A DNA stretch of 64,000 nt from the human T2T-CHM13v2.0 reference genome, Homo sapiens: assembly GCF_009914755.1 (NCBI RefSeq), contig NC_060941.1; one strand, written 5' to 3'. Below, in pieces: positions 13,781 to 26,170 of this stretch. The notes beneath the pieces were generated by a model that had not been told where the DNA came from, made no database searches, and saw only the letters and a program-made list of their open reading frames with translations. Positions within the stretch are counted from its first letter, which is position 1; each line of letters begins with the position of its first letter. A program made the position numbers and the translations under genes.

Positions 13781-14708
13781 AAGTGGCTTTCAGCCAGCTC
13801 CTGGGCGTCTCCCTGGGGCTCTCCTACCACCTGTTCCATGCCAAATTCCTGGGTCCTTGGACCTCTGCTCCTCTCCAGAATATGCCCACCCCCTCCCCTT
13901 ATCCCATAACACAGTGGTCAAGAGGAGAGCCTGACAAGTGGCTGGAATTGGAGGAGGGACTATTAGGGTGAAGATGTTTGCAACAGCTAAATAAACATCG
14001 GAGGAAAGTCTCCCTTTCCTCAGGGTATAGGGTGGTCAGTGGAAAATGGCGTGTCCTGCTTTGGTGTGGAGCATGAGTGCCCAGGGAAGCCCAACCTGAG
14101 GTGGGGGTAGGGTCCCCCTGAACCCCTTAGGATCTCCTAGAATTACTGCCTCCACTGGGACAGGGCAGGAGGCAGAACTGTCCAGAACTTTAGAGAACTA
14201 GAGACCTCCCAAGAGGCTGATGTTGGCATGCCAGGACTACCCAGAGGTCACCGTTGAGAGGAGTTTTGGCCATTGGTGATGGCGCTGTGAGGAGTACCCT
14301 GGTGCAGTTCCCACCATGGTCAAGTTAATCCTGCTGCAGGTTGCCATGCCAGGGCGGGATGGTGGTCATGTGGAGAAAGGTACTCCTGCTCTGCTAGTGT
14401 GTTCCAGGCTGGTCCAGGGCATGAGGAGGCTCAGGATGCTGGCTGTTGATGCTTGTGCTCCAGCTATGTTCTTCCCACAGGTAGATGCCCCCTGACATGG
14501 GCCCAATGAAGGGCCCCAAGTGGGCAATGACACCAAGAAAATAGGCCATGGTGGGCATCGCAGGCGGGGAAGGGCACAACTTCTTGAGGGCTTGGTGGCA
14601 TCTCCTCCTAGGTGGTATATACAGGAGGTGGAGGGACAGCAGGAAGCAAGGAGCCTTGCTGCTGGACTGTGGTGCAAGTCTGAGTTGACTTCCCTAGACT
14701 GCCCCCAC
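13690..14708 (-). other. SEZ6: SEZ6 3' UTR
   Basis: Repeat-free stretch between the stop codons and the polyadenylation signal. Confidence 0.8.
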
Positions 14709-14738
14709 CTAGATGGAGACTTCATATTCTCTCGTCTC
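14709..14738 (-). CDS. SEZ6: SEZ6 exon 17 coding part, alternative acceptor isoform ending ETREYEVSI*
   Basis: Strong acceptor TCTCTTTCCTTTGCAG ending at 14739; GAG ACG AGA GAA TAT GAA GTC TCC ATC TAG; REYEVSI is the SEZ6-family C-terminus. Confidence 0.88.
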   Translation of the reverse strand, partial: ETREYEVSI

Positions 14739-14754
14739 CTGCAAAGGAAAGAGA
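14722..14754 (-). CDS. SEZ6: SEZ6 exon 17 coding part, isoform ending SLSFAGDERI*
   Basis: CAGCAG acceptor 14755-14760; TCT CTT TCC TTT GCA GGA GAC GAG AGA ATA TGA. With a 55-nt exon 1 (recalled, outside the window) this gives 994 aa. Confidence 0.88.
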   Translation of the reverse strand, partial: SLSFAGDERI

Positions 14755-14918
14755 CTGCTGGGAGTTGGAAACTTGTATTAGGTTTGCCAGGCCATAATTC
14801 ACCTTCCCTAGGAAAAGGGAAAAAGTGAGAGGGCTTGGCAGGACCCTCAGGGTTATCTGCCCAAAGAAGCAAAGAACTGGGTCTTGGATAGGGTGGCAAG
14901 GCTGGCATGGTTACTTAC

Positions 14919-15021
14919 TCCAGTCTCGTAAGTTGGATTGTCAAACGCTGACTCTATGGTAATGCGGTTGTAGGGGCGGGGGCGGGGGCGGGGCAGCTGC
15001 AGGGAGCTTTTTCCCTGGAGC
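14919..15021 (-). CDS. SEZ6: SEZ6 exon 16 (cytoplasmic tail with YNRI and NPTY sorting motifs)
   Basis: CCACAG acceptor; 103 nt; LQGKSSLQLPRPRPRPYNRITIESAFDNPTYETG; GGA|GTAAGT donor. Confidence 0.96.
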
Positions 15022-15109
15022 CTGTGGGGCAGAGAAGCCTGCAAGTCAGGAGCACTGGGTAGGAGTGAGGTATGCAGGTATGCAGAGCAGAAAGAGAAGC
15101 CAGACTCAC

Positions 15110-15227
15110 CTGGAGAAGTAGAAGTATACACCTCCTACCAACAACACCATCGCCACCAGTGGCAAGAAGATGGCAGCTGCAATGTGGGCAGCATCCAGGG
15201 TGCTGGAGGCAGCAGGTGCCTTGGCAA
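15110..15227 (-). CDS. SEZ6: SEZ6 exon 15 (transmembrane helix)
   Basis: CTTCAG acceptor; 118 nt; AKAPAASSTLDAAHIAAAIFLPLVAMVLLVGGVYFYFS with a hydrophobic helix; AG|GTGAGT donor. Confidence 0.96.
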
Positions 15228-15478
15228 CTGAAGACACAGAGGGTGTGACTGGAGCAGAGGTCTCTGTCACCTGGAGCCCATATTCTCTCACCTCTGCCCA
15301 AGGGCATCTGACTACCAGCTCCCTCTAGCTGGCTGGGTGTAGGGAAGGAGCTTTTTAACCTGCTAGGCCCAAACCTCTCTCTTTCTCTGCCCTCCCTCCT
15401 TGGGAAGCCCATGACCTGGGAGCCGTGAGAACCAGGACCAGGGAGACCACTTCTCTGGCCTCAAGGGTGGAGACTTAC

Positions 15479-15517
15479 CATCCAGGCTGCGACTGTTGTA
15501 GAACCCATCCAGAGAGG
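15479..15517 (-). CDS. SEZ6: SEZ6 exon 14 (39-nt juxtamembrane stalk exon)
   Basis: TTGTTCCAG acceptor; (A)SLDGFYNSRSLD(V); G|GTAAGT donor; phase 1-1. Confidence 0.92.
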
Positions 15518-15804
15518 CTGGAACAAAAGGGGAGGGCCAAGGGCAGTGAGTGAGCCCAATGGGCCAAACCACTAAGGCAGGGAGAGGAGGTAGTGGGATG
15601 ATCATGGGAAGGATTTGTCCAAGGAGAGGCCACTCCAGCATTTGTCTTGGTGATGCCAGGTCAGAAGGATCTGGCAGAGACTGGGGAGACCAAGGGTAAC
15701 ATGAAGGTGGCATGGGCAGGTGGTTCTGGTTCTAAACATTGGACATCTTTGCCAGAGCAGCTCTATGGGCCAGGGAGGGTTTTGAGGGGTGACAGGGCAC
15801 TCAC

Positions 15805-16002
15805 CAGCCCTACAGATGGGTGGGGGGTCACTCCAATGCGAGGGGTGCCCAGGCACACACTTGATGCTGGCCTGGCCCTTCAGCACATAGCCAGGGGCAC
15901 ACGAGAAGTGGATGGTGGCCCCTGCTGGGTGTAGCTGCTTCTCAGGACTTCGGGCACCATTCTCAGGGGCACTGAGACCATGGCATGGCTTGAGCTGTTC
16001 CA
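15805..16002 (-). CDS. SEZ6: SEZ6 exon 13 (Sushi 5)
   Basis: TTTGTAG acceptor; 198 nt; EQLKPCHGLSAPENGARSPEKQLHPAGATIHFSCAPGYVLKGQASIKCVPGHPSHWSDPPPICRA; G|GTGAGT donor. Confidence 0.96.
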
Positions 16003-16107
16003 CTACAAAGCAGGCAGAGTGCAGTGAGGGTGTCATGCCCTTGGCCTCCAGGGCAGCATCTTTTATCTCCAGCTAGAGGTTTTCCCTCCTACTCAATTGA
16101 CACTTAC

Positions 16108-16299
16108 GGAGACATTTAGGGGCCCGGTCACTCCACTTGGGGCTGCCAGCCTGGCGATCATGGCAGGTGAGGATGGAGCTGCCCGTCAGCACAAAACCCT
16201 GGTCACAGATATATTGCACGGTGGCCCCCACGGGAAACTTGGGGCTGGATATGAGGCGTCGGCTGTGCTCCACATCTCCAGGATCGTGGCAGGAAGTCA
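16108..16299 (-). CDS. SEZ6: SEZ6 exon 12 (Sushi 4)
   Basis: CATAG acceptor; 192 nt; TSCHDPGDVEHSRRLISSPKFPVGATVQYICDQGFVLTGSSILTCHDRQAGSPKWSDRAPKCL; C|GTAAGT donor. Confidence 0.96.
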
Positions 16300-16619
16300 C
16301 TATGGGTAGGGGTGATGGGGAGAAGTAGCCCAAGGAGAACTAAGCAGAGGCCAATCCACCCTGGCTTTGTTCCAGGCCAGCTAACTTCTTCATGTCGTAT
16401 GGGTCTACCCCCTACGTATCTGTCCCTACCATTATGCTAGTGTGTCCCCCCATTTGTCCCCTTCCCATCTATTAGGTTCGATAAAAACTGATTGGCCATC
16501 TACCAGGAATGAAATACTTAGAGTACGTGGCTGATAACCCCATGAAAAGTATCATCCCCATTTCACAGATGAGGAAACTGAGGCTATAAGAGGTGAAGGA
16601 ACTTTGAAGATACTAGCTA

Positions 16620-16985
<366 letters not shown>

Positions 16986-17266
16986 CTAGTTTGTCCTGGA
17001 CCTAGACTGTCCTGGGCGGGCTCAGGGATCCATTCCTCCCTGCTCAAGGGCCCCTCCTTGACTGCCTGACATTGCTCTGTCTCCTAGATTCCAGGGTTAG
17101 CATTTAAGCTTTGGCCTTACTTCCAAAAGCACCTTGACCAGTTCCTTAGGCCTGAGAGATGGGGCCAGGTAGGGTGAGGGAAATCGTCACTTCTATGAAA
17201 GATTGTCAGAAAGATAGAAGCCAGCACCTTTCCTTAGTTCCCCCATTTTTGTTTGAAAGTTGTTCT

Positions 17267-17562
17267 GGCCAGGTGCAGTGGCTCACACCTGTAATGCCAG
17301 CACTTTGGGAGGCTGAGGTGGGCAGATCACTTGAAGCCAGGAGTTCGAGACCAGCCAGGCCAACATGGCAAAATCCGGTCTCCACTAAAAATAAAAAAAT
17401 TAGCCAGGCGTGGTGGCATGTGCCTATAATCCCAGCTACTCAGGAGGATGAGGCACGAGAATCGCTTGAGCCCAGGAGGTGGAGGTTGCAATGAACAGAG
17501 ATCACACCATGGTCTGGGTGACAGAGGGAAACTGTCTCAGAAAAAAAAAAAAGGAAGAAAAA
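17267..17562 (+). mobile_element. Alu in SEZ6 intron 10
   Basis: Full dimer; TSD GAAAGTTGTTCT (17255-17266, 17563-17574). Confidence 0.93.
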
Positions 17563-17782
17563 GAAAGTTGTTCTGCTGCCTACCCAAACCCCTCTTGCCA
17601 CTATAGAATTCTGGCTCTCCCTCAGGGCAGATGGAGAACAGGACTAGCTTCCTCCAGGTGATCCCTGGTGCTTTTCCAGCTTACTCTTGTCTGAGACAGC
17701 ATTCAGGCACCTCACTGCCCTAGCCTCTTTGGCTTGCCATGGCTTGCTGTCTGCACTCTGAGTGGGGTAGGGACAAGCTCAC

Positions 17783-17979
17783 CAAAGAAGTGGATGACGA
17801 AGCCCTGCTGGTAGCCCAGCACTGAGGTCCCGGGGTCCGACTGGAACTGAATGGTGACATCAGCCATGGAGGTAAAGAGCTTGAAGTGGCTACGGGGCCC
17901 TGAGTACTGGCCCAGAACCCGGGCCGTCAGGTCATCCCCATCATAGAAGGTAAGCACATCACCAGGGCCTATGCGCAGC
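17783..17979 (-). CDS. SEZ6: SEZ6 exon 10 (CUB, second half)
   Basis: TTCACAG acceptor; 197 nt; LRIGPGDVLTFYDGDDLTARVLGQYSGPRSHFKLFTSMADVTIQFQSDPGTSVLGYQQGFVIHFF; G|GTGAGC donor. Confidence 0.95.
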
Positions 17980-18091
17980 CTGTGAAGGAGGAGCGTCAGG
18001 GCAGAGCCGGCCTGGGGGCCCGAGGATGGGCTGGACAAGGGATATCCCCAGACCTCAGGAGTTGGCTCGGCCTGACCCGGTAGGCACTCAC

Positions 18092-18230
18092 ACTCGGATG
18101 TCCAGCATGATGCGCTTGTCCTCTTCCACATGCACACCCCAGATACAATCCTGCCCACGACCGTAGGGCTCTGGCCAGTTGGGAGAGAGTACCACGCCAG
18201 CCGAGTCTGTGATCTCCCCGCTGCACACGG
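18092..18230 (-). CDS. SEZ6: SEZ6 exon 9 (CUB, first half)
   Basis: TTCCAG acceptor; 139 nt; VCSGEITDSAGVVLSPNWPEPYGRGQDCIWGVHVEEDKRIMLDIR; GT|GTGAGT donor. Confidence 0.95.
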
Positions 18231-18455
18231 CTGGAAGGCAGAGGAGGCCCAGAAGGGTCTTTTCAAGCTTACCATGGTGTTGCTTACCATCTGCCCGCAG
18301 GAGTGCCCACAAATTGCTGGGACCCCCCACCTCCTCCTTGGAGGAAGCCTGAACCACGCATATCACAGGGCCCCTGTGGCCCCGGGCTCTGCTGCTATTC
18401 TGCTGGTATGACCCTGCCTTTTGCCCGGTAGGCCCATCCACTGGTGTCTACTGAC

Positions 18456-18650
18456 CTCGGCAGGCTGGCTCTGTCTCATTCCACTGGGGGTCGTGGGGGT
18501 CAACACACTCGATGATGATGGAGCCCTGCTCCAGGGTGTAGCCAGGGTCGCAGCTGAACTCCACAGTGGTACCCACAGGGTAGGTGGGTGCGCTGCTGCT
18601 GAAGTTACCGTATTTGACAAAGGGCTCATAGCAATGGCCCTGCTGGAAGG
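18456..18650 (-). CDS. SEZ6: SEZ6 exon 8 (Sushi 2)
   Basis: TTTACAG acceptor; 195 nt; FQQGHCYEPFVKYGNFSSSAPTYPVGTTVEFSCDPGYTLEQGSIIIECVDPHDPQWNETEPACR; G|GTCAGT donor. Confidence 0.95.
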
Positions 18651-19262
18651 CTGTAAACCACAGGTCCCAGCCCAGCTCAGCCTTGACTGGTATTAAACAC
18701 AGTGGGCAAGCATCCCCCTACTTCCCTCCCCAGAGCCTTTCTTTTCCTGGGTACGAATGACAAATATATGTCCTGGGGTTGGAGCAGGAATGTGATGGAG
18801 GAGGGACAGCCAAGAGCATCCATCCCTATTATGCTCAGGAGGCCATCTTGATTACCATCCTGTTCCCACTGCCTGGTTTTGTGCTTAGTACACAGAAGGT
18901 ACTCCATACATGTTTTTTGAATGAATTAATCAATGCATGCATGCATAAATGGTTCTAGAATGTCTCTTACAGCAATTCTTTCTTAAGGGTTGAGGCCTTT
19001 TTTGCTTTTCAAAATCTGGAGAATTTATTCCCTTGGACCATAGGGCCTGGGTCCAGGCAGAGGTTTCCTGCAAAGCTGTGGTAGGGATCCCGGACCCAAA
19101 GAGAGGGGCAGGGAAAGGGGGCCTAAGTACTGAGTGAGCAGGGGCTGACTTGGAAGGAGTGACAGCATGGAGGCAGAGAGGGGTAGGGTGTGGGAGAAAG
19201 ACCCTAGGCCCGAGCCCATCCCCGTGGACCCGCCACCCCCAGTGAGGCCCCAGCAGGCTCAC

Positions 19263-19429
19263 CCTCATAGCGCAGGGCCATGCCTGCAGCTGCCCCGCTG
19301 CTGTCAGTACTGAGCTCAACAAAGAAGTGTTTGCCAGAGCTGAGCAGGCCCTCAATGGGCAGGTATTCCACCTCATAGGAATCATACACTGGTGGGGCCT
19401 CCACGTTGTCCCCATTGCGAATGATGAGC
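19263..19429 (-). CDS. SEZ6: SEZ6 exon 7 (CUB, second half)
   Basis: TTCAG acceptor; 167 nt; LIIRNGDNVEAPPVYDSYEVEYLPIEGLLSSGKHFFVELSTDSSGAAAGMALRYE; G|GTGAGC donor. Confidence 0.95.
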
Positions 19430-19561
19430 CTGAACCAGGAGAGTGGCAGCTATGTAGGCTGGTGGCTGACCCAGATGGGGTGTGGCCCCAGGCTTGGGTA
19501 GCGTCCCTCCAGCAGGGTATTACCAGGCCAGGCACTCCCATTCCACTAGGACAGCCCCTCA

Positions 19562-19801
<240 letters not shown>

Positions 19802-21253
19802 CTATCCCAGCCCTATATCCTCTGCTTGGAGCAGCGGGGACCTTGCCTCCCTGCCATCTTGGCCCTCATCGTCCTGAAGGTCAACCTTTTAGCCCTGTGA
19901 ACCTGCATCTCCAGGCAGCCTGAGCTCCAGAATCCTGCCGCCTAACCTTTCACACCCCTGGGACTGACCAGGGTAACTCTCTTGACTGTGGGTAGATGTA
20001 TCACTGCCTGGTTGTGTGCCCAGGTAAGTCACTTTCCCTCTCTGCTGACTTCTCTAGAAGGCCGACTCTCCCTAGGTAGACTTTACTAAAGCCCTTACTG
20101 TGGGCTTCAACCTTCTTGGATACATCTGCTACTTCTACCTCATGCCACTTTCCTAAAATCAGTTGTTTGGGTATGTCCCTTAACTAGGACCCCCTGGAGC
20201 AGGAACCAGGTCTTTCCAGGCCAGGCACAGAGTTGGTGTTCAGCGTTGGTTGAATAAAATGAGTGAATGAATGTAAAAAGGGGTTAGCACTAGATCCGGG
20301 CGGCAAACACCTGATGTGCATGCCATCCGCCCCGGCCTCACTACCACTGCCGTTCCTGGGCTGACTGACCTTTCTAGTGCTGACCCTACTGGCTTGGGGC
20401 TGTCCTCTCTTTCTAAGGAGAGACTGAACAGTTTGCCTATGGCTATCTGTGAGGATTGCTGGGTTACTTGGCCACAAACTCCTGGCGGTTATGTGAGGCC
20501 AGAGAGGGGTCCTCAGGCAAGAGGAGTATGGCTGGTTCCAGGCAGTGCTTTCCTCTCCTGGACACATAGCTCTGACCTACCCAACTCTCAGAGACCAGGC
20601 TGCCATGACCAATACACAGGACCTTTGTCTCCAAATGCTCAAGGCAGCAGAATATTGTAACCTAGTAAAGCTCCTGGGGGGCTGGGGCAAGTTTCTTCTC
20701 TGCAGAAAGGACAGACCTGCCTCGGCTTGGTCTCAGAATGGAACTGCCCTTCAAATCTGATCATGCCCCATCCTTTGCTGAAAATTGCTTAGTGGCTCCC
20801 CATTACCCTCAGGATAGAGTTAAAGCTGAAAATGGTGTTCAAGCCCTTTATGAATCCACCTCTCTCTAGACTCAGCTTCAGTCCCCTCTCCCCGCATACC
20901 CTCTGCTTCAGGCACACTTCACTGTGTGCTCACTATCTTGTGCTATTTCATGCCTGCACATCTCTGCATATGCAGTTCCAGGAACCCACCCCACTTTCCC
21001 AAACTAATATTTCTGAAATCCTTCCATGCTGTCTCCTTGGGAAGCCTTGCTTGCCTCCTCTCTCATCTTGGAGTAGCTCTCCATCCCTTGGGCTCCTCCA
21101 CCACTCTGCCTTTACTCCTATTGTAGCATCCTCTGCACTGAGCTGCTTGCCAGCCTCCCCGCTAGATCCTCGAGGGCTGAGAAAGCATCTGTGTTATTCA
21201 ACTCTGGTTGTGCCTGGCACCCAGGAAGAATTTATAGAATGAAATAAGATTCA

Positions 21254-21994
<741 letters not shown>

Positions 21995-22719
21995 TCAGGA
22001 CCAGACCTGGGAGTCCCCTTTCCCTTTTCCCAGTTCCCATCAGTTTCTGGAACTTCCCTCTGCTTCATTCCCCAAATCACAATCTAAGTTCAAACTGTCT
22101 TGCCTGGCTGGCCTCCCAGTCATCTCCTGAGGAATTCTAAGGCCCTCCCTTCTCATAAGCTTCAACAGCTCCTCAGCCTGTATCTTGCCCTGACACTCAA
22201 GGCCCTTCCATTGCCACATGTCTCAGGCTTCAGCCAAACCTGGCTGTCTTCTGTGTCCCTAAACACCCTCACCTGCCTGCCTCTATGTCCCTGCCCACGT
22301 TGTTCTCTCCATTTAAATGTCAAACCTGCAGTGCCTCCTCCCCTAGGAAGCCTCCTAAATGTCCAGCTAAGAATGATTGCGCCCTTGCCTCCCAGGTCAC
22401 TTTATGTCTTTTCATTGGTGCTTTTTACTTCTTCCCCTGGAAATTGGTGACCTCTGTGCTTTCTCCTTTCTCCCTTTCCTGGAAATGTGTGTTCTTTGAG
22501 GGCAGAGTCCCTGTTTAATTCAGCTGTTTGTACCTGTGGTGCCTTCATCTGGTAGATGCTCAATAAGTGCAGGTTGGATGAATGCCACTGAGGTGCATGG
22601 CCATTTTCTGGCTTCCTTATGAAGAGCAAATGAAAGTGGCAGAGAGCAACAGAGAGCAGGGATGAGCCCCCACCTCACTTCTCTGCTCAGCACTGAGCCC
22701 TTTCCCCTGGGGCACTCAC

Positions 22720-22905
22720 CGATGCAGACGGGCTCCTTTGAATCCCAGAAGGGCTGGGTGGCATTGAGACAGGTGAGATGCCTGGCGCCCTTCAGCTGGT
22801 AGCCAGTGGCACAATGGAAGCGGGCACTACCCCCTGGGTGGAGGCTGGTGACAGTCACATCTCCATAAGCTGGACGACGGGGAAAGTGGCAGCTCAGGAG
22901 ATAGG
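22720..22905 (-). CDS. SEZ6: SEZ6 exon 5 (Sushi/CCP 1)
   Basis: TTTGCAG acceptor; 186 nt; YLLSCHFPRRPAYGDVTVTSLHPGGSARFHCATGYQLKGARHLTCLNATQPFWDSKEPVCI; G|GTGAGT donor. Confidence 0.96.
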
Positions 22906-23372
22906 CTGCAAACAGAGAACGGGTGACACTGTGTATGTGTGCAGGGTGGGGGCGGGAGCTGGGCCATTGGTTGGGGGAGGTCTGCCTCAGTCTGCCTGGA
23001 GGTGTCATTTGGGGCCAGAGGAAGCACTAGGAGTTCCAAAACAACTCCAATCTCCTCCCTAGAAGGTTACCAGTGATATTTCCAGCAGCCTGGGCTGGTT
23101 AGTGGAGCAGACAGAGCTGGAAATTAGAAGGGTTAGGTTCTGGCTCAAGCTTTATGACACTTTAGGCAGGTTATTTAATCTTTGTGTGTGTGTTTCCTCA
23201 TTTGTTAAATGAGGTTTAAAATCCTAGCCTACCTACAGGGTTACTGTGAGAAGAAATGATAGAGTATTTTATCTAGCTTGGTATCTCTGGTACCCAGCTG
23301 ATATTATATCTTCAGGAAATGCTTATTGAATGACTCGTAGACATGAAAGCACTTGAAATAGTGAAAAACCTA

Positions 23373-25324
<1,952 letters not shown>

Positions 25325-25699
25325 CTACAGAGCCTGATAACCCTTGGGGTGGTAGGAAAAGTGAGGACTGTCTAGACTGAAGATCTTGGGTCTTGGGGTA
25401 GGGGGCAGCCCCACTGATGGTATCAGGTAAATGGGAGGAGAGGTCCATGCAAGGCCTCTGTTCCTGGGTGCCTTTGTGTGAATAGAAAAATGGGCCCTCT
25501 TTCTTCCCCCCCATTAAAAAGAAAAAGAAAAAGAAAAAGAGGCTGTCTCAGGGCAGACCAGGGTCCAGAAATTTGAGTTTTATGACTTTCACCTGTCCTG
25601 TTACTATGTCTGTGAAAGTGGGAGGAGAATTCCTCCTCTTCTGTCTCTCATGGGGCTCTGGAGAGAATGGTCGGTAAGTGGCTAGTTGTGCTTGGCAGG

Positions 25700-26170
25700 C
25701 AGTACAGGGCAGTGCTTAGCAGGTGGGCTGTGGGTCAGACTGCCTGGGTTTGAATGCAGGCTTCTTCCCTACGTGCTGTGCCACCGTGGGCAAGTTACCT
25801 AAATTCTCTGTGCCTCAGTTGCCTCATTTATCCACCCACTTTCAGTATTACATCCAAGGTTGTGGAGGTTAAGTGAGAAGACATATGTGCAGTTCCTGAA
25901 CAAATGCCTAAGACATCAGCCTGCTGTTATTGTTTGTAATCTTGATTAATAATAGCACCTCACATCTACATGTACTTTCCAGATTCTAAAATGCCTTCAC
26001 ACTCTTCTTTCTTGATGTCTACAATATGCTTGGGAGAAAGGCAGGCAAGGTAGGGGCTATGAGCCCATTTTCAGATGAGAACAGGTTCAGAGAGACCCTG
26101 TGCCCTCATCACACAGCAAGGAAGTACTAGACCAGGAACTTGAAGCTCCTGGGCTCTGAAGCCTTCTTGC
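25700..26170. mobile_element. MIR fragments (representative; others near 11570-11700, 16540-16600, 23090-23250, 27740-27930, 33640-33830, 34120-34270, 41830-41980, 43690-43890, 48030-48200, 58790-59180)
   Basis: MIR core motifs such as GGGCAAGTTACCTAA..CTCTGTGCCTCAGTT and CCCATTTT..CAGATGAGGAAACTGAGG. Confidence 0.7.

Noticed and set aside
15189-15210. RE1-like CCAGCACCCTGGATGCTG in SEZ6 exon 15
   Set aside because: The right half-site departs from GGACAG, and the sequence is explained by coding constraint.
20021-20029. Perfect plus-strand donor CAG|GTAAGT
   Set aside because: Falls in a MIR-like motif (GGGCAAGTCACTT variant) and I found no convincing upstream acceptor.
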